Origin: Octopus bimaculoides
Taxonomy: Eukaryota
DNA length: 41,239 bases
Direction of reading: 5' to 3'
NCBI RefSeq assembly: GCF_001194135.2
Contig: NC_068992.1
Location: 25,252,382 to 25,293,620, forward strand
Under the pieces are notes generated by a model. That model saw only the letters and a program-made list of their open reading frames with translations, did not search any database and was not told where the DNA came from. Shown in pieces: positions 11,642 to 24,599 of the stretch; the stretch's first letter is position 1, and each line of letters starts with the position of its first letter. The position numbers and the translations under genes are program-made.

Positions 11642-12355
11642 NNNNNNNNNNNNNNNNNNNNNNNNNNNNNNNNNNNNNNNNNNNNNNNNNNNNNNNNNNN
11701 NNNNNNNNNNNNNNNNNNNNNNNNNNNNNNNNNNNNNNNNNNNNNNNNNNNNNNNNNNNNNNNNNNNNNNNNNNNNNNNNNNNNNNNNNNNNNNNNNNNN
11801 NNNNNNNNNNNNNNNNNNNNNNNNNNNNNNNNNNNNNNNNNNNNNNNNNNNNNNNNNNNNNNNNNNNNNNNNNNNNNNNNNNNNNNNNNNNNNNNNNNNN
11901 NNNNNNNNNNNNNNNNNNNNNNNNNNNNNNNNNNNNNNNNNNNNNNNNNNNNNNNNNNNNNNNNNNNNNNNNNNNNNNNNNNNNNNNNNNNNNNNNNNNN
12001 NNNNNNNNNNNNNNNNNNNNNNNNNNNNNNNNNNNNNNNNNNNNNNNNNNNNNNNNNNNNNNNNNNNNNNNNNNNNNNNNNNNNNNNNNNNNNNNNNNNN
12101 NNNNNNNNNNNNNNNNNNNNNNNNNNNNNNNNNNNNNNNNNNNNNNNNNNNNNNNNNNNNNNNNNNNNNNNNNNNNNNNNNNNNNNNNNNNNNNNNNNNN
12201 NNNNNNNNNNNNNNNNNNNNNNNNNNNNNNNNNNNNNNNNNNNNNNNNNNNNNNNNNNNNNNNNNNNNNNNNNNNNNNNNNNNNNNNNNNNNNNNNNNNN
12301 NNNNNNNNNNNNNNNNNNNNNNNNNNNNNNNNNNNNNNNNNNNNNNNNNNNNNNN

Positions 12356-12557
12356 TATTAACTGCTCCAGGACCCTACTCTGATCCTGGGGCAGTTTGTC
12401 TTAATGTGGCCAGGCTCCAGGCACAGGAGACAACTTGGGGGCGTCCCTCAAATATCACAAGAAACCTGGACCCGGCCATTCTTAGAAAATCTGGAAACAC
12501 CAGATCTTTGGCTGATTGGGTCCAGTGTCAAAACAGCTCTTGACCCGAACCAATCAT
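12356..12557 (-). mobile_element. LINE ORF1 (gag-like) fragment with CCHC zinc knuckle
   Basis: Minus strand: ..NGRVQVSCDI*GTPPS-CLLCLEPGHIKTNC-PRIR. The knuckle C-x2-C-x4-H-x4-C lies at 12391-12432. Confidence 0.65.
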
Positions 12558-12572
12558 GCAGTGACCTGAATA

Positions 12573-12636
<64 letters not shown>

Positions 12637-12785
12637 GCAGCATCGAAAAATACGTTAGGAATGAGAATCCAGGTTCGAAATTTCCATAAGACACCTGATG
12701 AAGGCTAGAGGGAATATCCGTCGAAACATTGTGTTAACACCAAGCGAGATAATGACAAATATTCGTCAAATGTAAATAATGTGTA
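12558..12785 (+). mobile_element. Hammerhead-bearing SINE-like element, copy 2 (head truncated to cagtgacctga)
   Basis: cagtgacctga-(ata)n-catcgaaaaatacgttaggaatgag..gacac-CTGATGA-a-ggcta..cgtc-GAAAC-ATT-gtgtt (HHR 12690-12735); aligns with copy 1. Confidence 0.8.
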
Positions 12786-12874
12786 TAACAGTTGTCAAAA
12801 TATAACAGATTAAAATTTAAAACCTTCATTGTACAATGGAAAACGCAATAAATATAGAAGAAAATATATATATT

Positions 12875-13365
12875 AGATACTGGTTTCAATTTTTAGCACA
12901 AGGGCAACAGATTTTGGGGAGGGGGTTATGTTTATTAAATCGACCCCAGTGTTTAACTGGTACTTATTTTAACGATCTCGAAAGGATGAAAGGCAAAGCT
13001 GTTTCCCACGAAATTTGAACTATGAACGCAGAGGCAAACGAAATGTCACTAAGCATTTCGCTCGACCTGCCGACCGTCCTGCCAGCTCACCGCCTCACAT
13101 AAATAAGTATTAAATATTGGTTCCAAATTTTGCCACACAGCCAGCAAATTCGGGCAAGGGGCAAAGTCGATTACATCGGTCCCAGTACTCAACTGATACT
13201 TCGAAATGATGAACGTCAAAGTCGACCTCGGCGGCATGTGGACTATGAACGTAAATGCGGACAAAATGCCGCTAAGCATTAACGCCCGGCGTGCTAACCA
13301 TTCTGCCAGCTCACCGACTTACATAAATAAGAGTTAAATATTACTGCAAATATTACCACCAACAG
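12875..13365 (-). mobile_element. Two head-to-tail copies (plus start of a third) of tRNA-derived SINE family B
   Basis: ctgccagctcaccg ends at ~13092 and ~13316 (period ~224). Each is followed by acataaataag..ttaaatatt. Bodies match 28440-28635. Confidence 0.75.
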
Positions 13366-13738
13366 CATCATTCCATCTGTTGCAAGCTTTGTACTTAATC
13401 AGCAACTTGACTGCAGAATAAATGACCAAATGATAAATAGAGTCACTCTACATTCTAAATAATTTGAGTGTTTTAGATTTACAATCGAGAATATTGGATA
13501 TGTTTATACATATATATATATATATTTATATATACACACGCATATATATGTGTGCATGTATGTGTATGTTTGTGTACATAGAGTGAGAAATAAAGAAGGA
13601 GAGGTAGACGGGGGAGAGACATTTATAATGCAAGACTTACAAAGTTAAATGTCAACTAACAAATACAAGCATACATTGATTATTCTCACTGGTGTATTTG
13701 ATGAAAACAAAAAGTATGCTTGAAAGTTTCCTCTAACG

Positions 13739-14069
13739 CAGTGGTTCTCAAATTGGGCGCTGCCGCCCTCCGATGACGGCCGAGTGGGTGCGTTGAGACG
13801 GTCCGAGTGGGCGCTGGGGCCGAAGGCAGAGAAAAAGGAATCGTTTGGAGGAAGGCAGTGTACTGGGGGATGCTATGAATTTATATAATCTTCTTATAGT
13901 ATTGTATACAAATTATATAATATTATATTAAATATCAAATGATTCATAGTGTATATATAAATTAGTAAAATATAAAATATCTATTTATACATAAAAATAG
14001 GGGTGGGGACGCTGATGAAATTATATGGCCATGAAGGTGATGGTGGTCCAAATAGTTTGAGGACCTCTG
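13739..14069. mobile_element. 331-bp non-autonomous hAT (Charlie-like) element
   Basis: TIR cagtggttctcaaa / tttgaggacctctg (12/14). Perfect 8-bp TSD ctctaacg at 13731-13738 and 14070-14077. Confidence 0.9.
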
Positions 14070-14576
14070 CTCTAACGGATAAATCCATATACAAATACGT
14101 CTGTTCTTTCTTTTTCTTTTCATTTCATTTTTTTGTTTACAAGAGCTTAAAAGATATTCACACGGCATTATTAAAAGTAAAAATAAGATTAAATATAATA
14201 GATAAAAAAATAGTAGAACAGTTCCGTCCTGTCTGTCCGCCCAAGCAAATAACCGTTAAATACGCTTCCAGTTACGTTGGTTACTATGGAGTGTATTACC
14301 GAAGTAATCACAAGTACAGCGTGTGGAGCTATAAACTTACTTTCTAAAACTATCTTGAGGGAGAAACAAAACAGATGTTGATTGCTACCATCTTATTGCA
14401 TTATCAACTGACAGATGTGAACCAACTCACTGCATCTTTTATCTTTTCGTTTATTCAAATGGAGAAAATAACCTCTTTTTCGTTCTTTTGTTTCCACAAT
14501 CTTCCTTCTATCTTACCTTTATACTTACTTCTGTTACTCTGGTTGTTGTATTTTTGTTCTGTAGTTTGTTTGTCTG

Positions 14577-14643
<67 letters not shown>

Positions 14644-16067
14644 GTCTGTCTCTCTGTCTGTCTATCGTCATGTACAATATATATATATNNNNNNNNNNNN
14701 NNNNNNNNNNNNNNNNNNNNNNNNNNNNNNNNNNNNNNNNNNNNNNNNNNNNNNNNNNNNNNNNNNNNNNNNNNNNNNNNNNNNNNNNNNNNNNNNNNGG
14801 GGCAAAGGGCGTCTAATCTTTGCCAGAATGATAAAACTAAAAACTAGTTTTCGGTTTTCACTCGGCTTCATCAGTGAAGCAAATTAATAGCTTACTTTCA
14901 AAGTTAGATTATCATTTACATTCATTATTTCATGTTTTACGTTTCCAATTGAAATAGTGTCTAATTGGTGATGTAATATAATTTACTTCTCTTTAGGAAT
15001 CCGTGATTTTATGTCTATTAATAAAAACAGGCATTATGGTTTTGTACCTTGAAAAGTGCATCCAAGTCATCGCCCTTCCGGCTAGAAAAACAGGCTAATC
15101 ATTCACATATCATAGGATAGTTTTGTTATAGTATAAAGAAACAAAAGCTTGTTAGACAATATATACTTTAACACACTATGTCTTAATAAAAGATGCCCCC
15201 AGTAAAAATACCTTTCAAAATTTTCCCATCTCACTGAGAGCTAACCTGGATCTAAACAACAAAAACGAAAGGAATGTTATGGGGGGCTGGTGTTCACAAC
15301 TGAAAGGCCGAATTGCAATAGTGACCTTGGCAGGATTTGTTCTCGTATATCAAGTTTGGACATTTACCACTAGGCATTCTATTCGACACTCCAGAAACTC
15401 TAATACATTCGTTGCCTTTAATTAGTAATTGGAATTATTTCATTACCTAACTAATCTCTTCAGTTTCTATGCCATTATGCCACCGTTCCCCTTATCCTCT
15501 ATTTGTTCCAATCTTCTTCTCCCTCCCTTCTTCCTTTCTTCGTCTTTAAATCTTGTTCTATGTCTTCTTTTTTGCGACTGAAAACTCTAGTTTAAAACGC
15601 AGTCAAAATGACAAGAAACTAAACTGATGAAAGCATTAAATCAATATTCTTATTTATGATGGTTATATAGTGAATGCCTTCGTTGTTATTGTCGTTCTTG
15701 TTGCTGTTTAATCTGAACTTCTCCGCCTCCACATTGTCTGTACTGAATGTCATTTTTTATATTATTATTTTTATATTTTTAGTCAGTGTTTTTTTTTTCT
15801 GTTAGAACGCTGCAGTCTTATTCTTGAAATATGTGTTAGCATCATTGTCTTTTCGTAATGTTGACTTGTATTCGCATATTATATTGTGTGTTCCATATAA
15901 CAATATTTGCATTGTTATTAATCTTGGTTTGATTGTTGTTGTGTTGTTTTATTACATTGAATATGACTGCGTTATTTTGCTGGACACTGTTTGTGCTTCC
16001 TGAGTGCTGTTTGATTGGTGTTAGAATATGTGTCATGTGGCTTGTGTTATAGCAATTGTAGACGTAA

Positions 16068-16230
16068 TAATGGCTGACGGATAAGAAGTCCGCTTCGCAA
16101 GCATGCGATCCAACGTTCCATCCTACTGTAAGCTATTTTGAGCAAGTGTCTTTTATCTTAACCACAAGCTGGCTCAATATTTGTGAGCAAAATTCGGTAT
16201 ATGGAAACCTTTGTGGAACCAATCAGTTGG
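16068..16230 (+). mobile_element. Degenerate SINE family A-like head
   Basis: atggctgacggataagaagtccgcttcgcaagcatg..gagcaagtgtctttt. Confidence 0.5.
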
Positions 16231-16367
16231 ATTGCACGAAGCAGATTCACGAGTTAGCTTTTAAACAAGACAAAACTAGATATGAAACATTTGCTGAATT
16301 GACTAATTATTGGTAGTATTTTCTTCCAAAAAGGTGCCTCGCTGTTACATTCAATTGCCCAGGTAAC

Positions 16368-16474
<107 letters not shown>

Positions 16475-17229
16475 ATAATATGCAAATGTGAAGGCCACGT
16501 ACGACTGCTTTGTGGAATAAAAGTTGTGAGAAGCAACCCTCTTCAAAGGTTTGGAAGCATGTACGTTGTCGCAAAACTAACAATGTGGAGAAAAACACAA
16601 CCCCATATAGTATGCTGCGTATCTCTCTATAAACCATCGCCATAATTTTTAGAATAAAAACGCCCAAGATCTTATCAGGGACATTGATCGTGAATTTGAT
16701 CAAGGGTAGTTTATTGTTACATTATGAGTAATTAACCAGCACTTAGAACATTTCAGTAAATGTGATTGGATGTGGTTACCATCGATAAATAAGTCTTCAC
16801 GATTCGATAATACTATAAAAAGCAAAATAAGAGAGTATTGATATGAGATACCTTAAGACTAAACATTCAGGGAAGAAGGTTCAGCTACTATACATGTGGC
16901 AGTTACAGCCGTTTAATAGGATTCTACTCAGAAGGTTTCAATAATAAAAGAAAAATAACAGCAACAAATTGTGAAGTCATGCGGCTAGTGAAGTGTCGTC
17001 ACGATATGAAGCAAGTCTTTTACGAATTGAGGAATAGAACTGCCAAACGTTTTTGTGATTATACCAAATTTTGCATGGAAAGGTACAAAAATTCACAAGC
17101 AAGCACGAAATTTGAAATATCAAACTAAAAAGTGAATAAAAAATCTTAATCAGAGGAAAATAGATTTAACGTATACTTTGTTAAAAGCACACTTTTTATA
17201 AACTGCCTCATTACTATAACTTTGCATTC

Positions 17230-18900
17230 TGTCACAAAGCTGTTGTCATGGATTCCACTTCTGGCAGTTAACGTCTTAAAGTAAAGATTCAGATCTTATT
17301 AATGCACTGAAGGTGCATGTTTTCAAAGAAGCGCAATTTTTTAAGTTTAATATTGATGAATAAGGAAAACGCTATTTCAGCAGCTGCAGAAGAATGAGGT
17401 GAAAGAAGGTTAATCATAAATTTTGACGATAAAGGGAACCATAATTCTTCACCACATCTTAAGCAAAAATTGCTGAGTCTTTTTTCTGCATTTGGAGATT
17501 TAGCTTGCTGTACCAACTTTCTTCATTTCCTATAAAGTTCTTCATAATGCTTTTTTTGTTTTCAATGAACTATATTGGAAAATTACATAACTAACGGATA
17601 ATTGATTTGGCTTCCCTCTATAACATTGGTTGTATTCAACGCCTGAAGCAACCCTAAATTTTCAAACAGTTCACAAAATAAAAATCACTGAAGCATCTAG
17701 TTTATAAAGCAACGTAGAAATTTTAAATATTTACGGGGAAATTTTTGTAGTTCTCACGAGAGGGGGATATTTTTTGTTGAATAATCAAGATTAATGTTTT
17801 CTACAATGTCAATACAATGACTGTCAACTGTCGTTTTATATATTGAAGCATTATTAACACTATTTCTACTCACATTATTAAGTTTCAGCATTTCTTTGAT
17901 GAAATTCTGAGAACCCCTTACAATTATTAATGAATTGCCTTATCTTATAAATTCTAAACGTTTTGTATGAAGTTCTAAATGAAGCTTGTTATTAATGTGA
18001 GGCAAAATTGAAGCTAGGATATTTGTCATTCCTTTAATATCGACGAAACCATCCACAAACTGTCGGGTAATAATAACACAAGTGCTGACCGTTGGTCACA
18101 ACATTTTGGTCATGTTGAAGGCATCTTGCAGAAAGTTCTTGAAGTTTGGAATTTTAATTTCTTTTTAATCGTTCATTTAAGCGCTTTATTCTCTGGTTCA
18201 ATTATGAAAAAGCATTCTGACTAACTCTTCTTAACCGTTCAGTATAATTCTTCGAAGTACACAAGTATATTGAACAGCAAAAACAAGTACAAGGAACGAC
18301 AAACAATATTGTATAAAAATTTGACGATTTTTGTTTTCTTTAAGCGATGTTGAAGACCTCGTTTTTTTTATTTTTTACTATCATAAAAGCAGTGAACATT
18401 AAGAGGAAGCTGCTGACATTAAAATTATTGTCACTAGAATACAAATATTGTGACTTCACTAATTATCTCAAAACAGAACTTATCAAATTTGGGCATGTCT
18501 AAAAACGTTATCGTTTACCTCATAGTCTGATGATGTCATCCATTGGCCATATTTGTGTTTACACTGATAGTCTATTGAGAGTCTTCTTCCTAAGTTTGAG
18601 TGTACAGGTGCGGGTTAAATATAAATGTAGCTACCTTTATTTTAATCATCGTTACTTAGTGTGCTTATAATCAATTAATTAATTCCAGCTTGACAAAACT
18701 TAGTACATGCCAGCAAATGTAGTTTTTTGTTCTTTACATATAAGAACATCAAAGCCTTATTGGGCGTAAACACCCAAATTGGTGAATGTAATTGGTGAGG
18801 TCAAGCAGAAGTACGTCTTACAATCTGATAGTGTCATTCAGAGCCCATGCATCTTTTTACATGGAAGTTTCTTATAACCAGAATATGATAACTTAAAAAT
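17230..18900 (-). mobile_element. Heavily decayed hAT transposase remnant
   Basis: ORF 17289-17516 ..FPLSSKFMINLLSPHSSAAAEIAFSLFINIK.. resembles the hAT C-terminal dimerisation motif (LPHSSAxxERxFS). The upstream extent is inferred from weaker motifs (LCTSKNYTERL). Confidence 0.5.
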
Positions 18901-19149
18901 AGGAATTTGATATGTCAGTTATGTATAATCTCCATCTCAAGAATTTGCTGACTTGAAAATTCTCGATATTTAAAATTCTACGACAATTCAGCCCACTTCC
19001 ACCATCTTATATATGCGTTAGAAACAGAGAATGTAACATAATTACTTCATGGTCAGACGAGAATAGTTGATAGATAACTGTTTCAGTGATCGAATGATTA
19101 ATTAAATAACCAACTAATTAATTACGCATAGAAGCCAATCTTTTATCTT

Positions 19150-19364
19150 ATTTTATATCTTACTTCTTGAAGCCATTAAACTGCAGTCATGCTGGGGCAA
19201 CGCCTTGTAGAATTTTTACTAACCTAGAATCTATTAAACTTAGTACTTTTTGTTTTAATCTATCGGGGTCTTTCGCCGAATTGTTAGATAAGAGGGGCGA
19301 AAATAAACCAGCACCAGTTATCAAACAGTGGTGGGGAACTAATAAAGATAAAATTGCACACACA

Positions 19365-19429
<65 letters not shown>

Positions 19430-19608
19430 GCACACACGCGCATGTACAAACAGACTCGCACACAAACACATACGACGGCTTTCTTTCAGTTTCTGTCTAT
19501 CAAATCCACTGACATGTCTTTGATCAGCCCGAAGCTCTAATGAGACTGAACCCGAAACCATGTGGTTGAGAAACTAGCTTCCTGTCATACAGTCACGCCC
19601 GCACCTCT
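19150..19608 (-). mobile_element. SINE family A with expanded internal (CA)n
   Basis: Tail (cattaaactgcagtcatgctggggc) and head (ctgaacccgaaaccatgtggtt) flank a (CA)n tract at ~19357-19440. Confidence 0.8.
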
Positions 19609-20588
19609 ACCAATATATATATATATATATATGCAGCTCTCTAGTCATCTAAGCTGATTGCATCCTTAAACGAATTTATGTAGCCAAGTAAGCTACATTT
19701 GTGCTCGATTGCCATTATACTAAAAGACATATGCAGCAACCAATCAATAGAGGAATAACTTTGGTTTTACAGTTTGTATAGATTGCCCGGTGTATTTCAC
19801 CTAGAATGATTACTATTTACCTTATTTGACATTGTCTTAGACAATTTCTTCGCATAGAGTGCTGATTAGGGTATATGTATCTGTGTGTAGAGAGAGCGGT
19901 ATTAGCTGTTGTCGTTGCGTGGTCTAACACGGTTACAGAACTCCCATTTTTAACAGAGTGCAATGGATCTCATGATTTACTTGCTGAAAACTTTTGTTTA
20001 TTCTTTCTGAGATTCTGATAGGCATGCATTTTATATTTTAAATCTCCACAAAACTTACCTATTCTAAAAAGCGGTGTGTTTTAATATTTTTACTTTAACA
20101 ATGTACATTTCTACAAGATAACTATTTTTAACATTTTAAACTTTATTTCCATATTACATTGGAAGAGATTTGCGTCACATTCAGAGTGACAATAGAAGAA
20201 AATTTTAAACGTTAATTGTAAATTTTTCAAGCACGTTAAAGTATTAAACACAGTATGATAATTAAACGGACAGATTTCTAAGCTCAAACATTTGCTGTCG
20301 AACTGTAAAAAGCACAAAGGAGAATAATGCTGAAGATGCTAATTTAAATGAAAGATAAAAGAAAACACACAGCATAAAATATGTTAACTGCAAAATCAAT
20401 AATAAAACTCATATTTGTTAACGTTATACGCGATGATAGTTGCTTGAGATTAGCCAGCTCTTGAAGAAGGAAAAATTGTGATGAAATATGTCGGAAAAAG
20501 AAAACTGCTTCATTATTCAAGAAATTTTACTGTTAAGGGATAAGAGTAATTGTCACATAATACATTTTTAGAAATAAGTGTCCATATA

Positions 20589-21448
20589 CAGGGTGTGCCA
20601 AAATTCACTGATGGGTTTCAATTTTTAATTACCTCCTTTACTTTACAAATAAATGCATGCAATTTTGATACAATATAAAGGACATAATGGAAATTAATAT
20701 GCACAAGTCAAATTTTGCAACACCACTACATCACATACGAAAATGACATCGCTTAAATGGCAGCCATTTTCGGCTTCCAAAGCCCATGCTCTTTCCAAAA
20801 CGTGCACTATAACACCCTCAGGAGTTTCAGACCCCTCTTCTCTGATTTCTATATTAATGTTCTCCTTCAGTTGCACCAGGGTCACCAGTTTGTTGACGTG
20901 AACTCTATCTCCATGAAAAAAAAAATCCGGGCTAGTCAAGTCTGGGGAATGGGTAAGCCAGTTGACATTACCGTAGCGGGAGATTATTCTCTTTCTCTAA
21001 AGCACTGCCATAGCAATAGCATTGCTTCTCTTACGGTATGAGCAGTTGCCCCATTCTGCTGGAACCATGTGTGAGTCTACTTTCAATGGCCTTCACATTC
21101 TCTAGACTTGACTAGCCTGGATTTTTTTGTTGTAGGAATACCTTAAAGAGAGGGTTTACGTCAACAAATCGGAGATCCTGGTGCAACTGAAGGAGAACAT
21201 CATTAGAAAAATCAGAGGGGTGGGGGTATGAAACACTTGAGGGTGTTATGGTGCAAGTTTTAGAAAGAGTACGGGCGTGCAAAGCCGAAAATGGCTGCCA
21301 TTGAAGCGATGTCATTTTTCATATGTGATGTTGTGATGTTACAAAACTTGACTTGTACATAGCATATTAATTTCCATTACGTTCTTTATATTGTATCAAA
21401 CTTTCATGAATTTATTTGTAAAGTGAAGGATGTTATCAAAATTGAACC
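20589..21448. mobile_element. Tc1/mariner-superfamily remnant with two inverted copies of the transposase 3' end
   Basis: TA 20587-20588 then cagggtgtgccaaaa. Minus strand 21075-20735: WFQQNGAT..SPDLTSPDFF..VNKLVTLVQLKENI..ENGCHLSDVIF. Plus strand 21097-21448 repeats it: DLTSLDFF..YLKERVYVNK..LVQLKENI..ENGCH*SDVIF, plus 3' UTR. Confidence 0.9.
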
Positions 21449-21539
21449 TTGATTTAATTGTAGTTAGAAGAATCCTCTCATTCAACGAGGAAGTATATAT
21501 AGCAACGAATACCTGTAGTATATTTAAAGCCGAATTCTT

Positions 21540-21765
21540 TTCATTTTCTTTAGTATCAGTCATTGGGTACAGGTCATGCTGGTGCATCGCCTTGAAGTCT
21601 TTAGTAGAACAAATCGACTCCAGTACTTAACATTTAAATCCATATTCTATTCAAGTTTTAAGTACGTATTTCTCATTTATCGAACCGTTGGGTTACGTGG
21701 TGGTGAACAAAGCAGCTTCGGTTGTCATTTGGTGGGATGAGTGACAAACACAGACACAAATACAC

Positions 21766-21820
<55 letters not shown>

Positions 21821-21905
21821 TGGCGGGCTTCCACGCAGTTTCCGCCAACCAAATTGATTCACAAAGTATTGGTCGACATTGGGATATGGAAGAAGATACT
21901 TGCCT
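21540..21905 (-). mobile_element. SINE family A with internal (CA)n, head truncated
   Basis: cagtcattggg..catgctggtgcatcgcc..aaatcgactccag..(CA)n..gatggcgggctt.. Confidence 0.75.
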
Positions 21906-22966
21906 GATGATGAACTTAAAAGAAGAAAATCAATGCTGATTAAGGTGGAAATAGAAACTGTTGATTGTATCGTAATACGATCCTTCAATAGCTAAATGAT
22001 CCTTCATTACGATCATTCAATTGCTAAATGATCATCAAACACACTTTGTTGGACTTTTTCCAGTTTGTGTGGAGTTTTCAAGAATTTACAGCGAGAGAGG
22101 TGACTATCCGTGGGATATTAGATCTATTTCTAATTTTCAATGAGAATCTGCTTCTTTTCCGTAAAAGTCAACTTTGGCACGCAAACTATACTCTGACGTG
22201 CTGAAACACATTAAAGAAAAATAGTTAATTAAACTGCATAAGATTTTGAAATCCTAAGGTATGATTCCGACTACAATTTTTTTATTAATTAGAATCTATT
22301 TTGTCACAACCGTGTGCGAATATGAATTACGTCATATATAATTCAGTCAAGGGAGATTTATTCAATCTCATCTGTCACAGTTTAGTGTCCTTCAGTTAAA
22401 ATATGGGGACAAACAAGCTTTTGTTTTCTTTTGCTTTTACACAGATACAAAGGTATAAATTTGTCAAGTGAGATGCATAATTAATTCTGTCAGATCCATT
22501 ACGTATCTGCAAGTTATTGTAGAGAGCTCAAACAAATCTGAGAAATTTAAACTCAGAATGTAGGTGGATAGATGTCTTTCAATATTTAATTTCAATTTTG
22601 TCATATGCGTTTGTATATATACATCTATGTGTATGTGCGTGCGCACGTGAGCACTTTCTCTTTCCCACTCTCTCACCATCTACATACATAATCGACAAAA
22701 TTTAAACTAAATTTTAAAAAGCATCTTTCAACTTGCATTTAATTGTAAATACAAAATGGATCAAAATATGAATGTACCCTAAATTGTTTTTTTTTTTAGC
22801 AGAAGACATAATAAAGAGTAAAGCGAATAGCCACATCAAAATGGCAGACGAATCCTTCTACTAGTTTAACCCCAGGCGGATTCTCCACCAGCTGGTTTTC
22901 GGTGCAAGCGCTGCAACCTTTATATACAACATATCTCTAGCGACTCCACTGCACAGGAGAGCGCGG

Positions 22967-22997
22967 CTGATGTGAGCCAAATAGCTCGAAACTAGTC
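22967..22997 (+). ncRNA. Orphan hammerhead-like core (A9>U; proximal stem I not evident)
   Basis: CTGATG-T-GAGC-caaata-GCTC-GAAAC-TA-GTC: 4-bp stem II, palindromic stem III ACTAGT, GUC site. Confidence 0.5.
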
Positions 22998-23289
22998 GAT
23001 CCCACGATCCTGTCAGCTGTTGGGGGATAGAAGACATAAGACTTTTACTGTTATTTAGCTTGATTTGNNNNNNNNNNNNNNNNNNNNNNNNNNNNNNNNN
23101 NNNNNNNNNNNNNNNNNNNNNNNNNNNNNNNNNNNNNNNNNNNNNNNNNNNNNNNNNNNNNNNNNNNNNNNNNNNNNNNNNNNNNNNNNNNNNNNNNNNN
23201 NNNNNNNNNNNNNNNNNNNNNNNNNNNNNNNNNNNNNNNNNNNNNNNNNNNNNNNNNNNNNNNNNNNNNNNNNNNNNNNNNNNNNNNNN

Positions 23290-23321
<32 letters not shown>

Positions 23322-23590
23322 TGTGTGTGTGTGCGTGTGTGTGTGTGTGTGCGCATATATGTATATATGTGTGAGTGCGTGTATGATTGTGTGTCTGTAT
23401 TTGTCCCCCCACCATCGCTTGACAACCGGTCCTAGTGTGTTTCCGTAACTTAGCGGTTCGGCAAAAGAAACTGATAGAATAAGTATTAGGCTTACAAAGA
23501 ATAAGTCCTGGGGTCGATTTGCTCTACTAAAAGGCGGTGCTCCAGCATGGCCACAGTCACATGACTGAGACAAGTAAAAGAATAGTAAAA
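23290..23590 (+). mobile_element. SINE family A 3' half following (TG)n
   Basis: ccccccaccatcgcttgacaaccgg..cttagcggttcggcaaaag..ggggtcgatttg..gactgagacaagtaaaagaata. Confidence 0.8.
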
Positions 23591-23769
23591 GAATAACGAC
23601 CACCATGTCATTCACTTTCACTTGCAAAAAAAAAAAAAATTTAATTTTCGCCCTCGGATGCAATATCAAAATGAAACAATATTATACTAAGACCCGTGTA
23701 TTAGTTTACTAAGACCATATTTCTTACACAACATAATCGTCGTATCACTTCTGAATATTTCCCCCGAAT

Positions 23770-23960
23770 AAGGCAGCCAGCTGGCCGAATCGATACCGCA
23801 CCGGACAAAAGGGCAAAATGTTTAGCGCCATTTTGTCCGTCTTTGAGTCCTCTGTTCAAATTTCGCTGGGGTCGACTTTGCTTTCCATCCTTTCAGGTTC
23901 GATAATATAAGCACCAGTTAATAGAATTGTCCTGGTCCCCAAACCTGCTGGCCTTGTGTG
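23770..23960 (+). mobile_element. SINE family B copy
   Basis: aaggcagccagctggccgaatc..gttcaaatttcgctggggtcgactttgctttccatcctttcaggttcgataa..; matches 28440-28635. Confidence 0.75.
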
Positions 23961-24314
23961 AAACTTCCCACGAATTCGTCACCCATATGTTAATCGCATC
24001 CAGAGCGCTTACCTCATCCATTAAGGGCTCATAGTAAAAACTTCCCACTGCATTCAGTCTTTCCATTTACTTTAAGGGGTCTGCTAAACGAAGCTAATAT
24101 AGTCCCCTTAAACCGCCAGCTATAATGGCCAGTTGTGTTTTTAACTTAATAAGGTTTTCTTCTATTTTCTTCGTTTTATGAACAGCAAAGTGATCACAGA
24201 CGACGAAAGAAGATAGCTTCTTTAATAAATCCCCTGGACATTTTCAACCCAACGTAGTATTTTGTCCAAATATCTCCTCTACCATCCTTTTTCATATACA
24301 CGAACTGGGACCCG

Positions 24315-24530
24315 TAGAGGCATAGCTTGTGGTTAGTTAGTGTATTCGGCTCACGATCATAAGGGCATGAGATCGATTACCAGGGGCGCATTGGGCCCTT
24401 GAGTAAAACATTTTAATTCCCGTTATTCCAGGTCACGCAGCTGGCAAAAATGATGTGTACATGTAGTTCAATAGGCTGGCCCTGCCACATTCAGTGTGTG
24501 ACATCGAATCTCCCTAAGAACTATGTCAAG
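24315..24530 (+). mobile_element. tRNA-derived SINE, distinct family C
   Basis: A-box-like tagcttgtggtt, B-box-like gagatcgattacc, then cccttgagtaaaacatttt..cagctggcaaaaatga core typical of SINE central domains. Confidence 0.5.
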
Positions 24531-24599
24531 GCTACGCTTGTTTGGGGAGAGATCAGACACTTGCACATTAGTTTCATCGAATCACATAAAAACTTGTCG

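Noticed and set aside
14845-14880. CTGATGA..GAAA on the minus strand
   Set aside because: No convincing stem II, stem III/UH site or stem I.
16480-16740. SKVWKHV motif suggesting a BED finger
   Set aside because: No following CxxC..H..H pattern or other transposase motifs.
21977-22040. 32-bp imperfect tandem duplication
   Set aside because: Only two units; ordinary slippage; not CRISPR-like.
22790-22863. Possible splice acceptor plus short terminal exon (..DIIKSKANSHIKMADESFY*)
   Set aside because: No partner exons or homology evidence; poly-T plus AG is common here.
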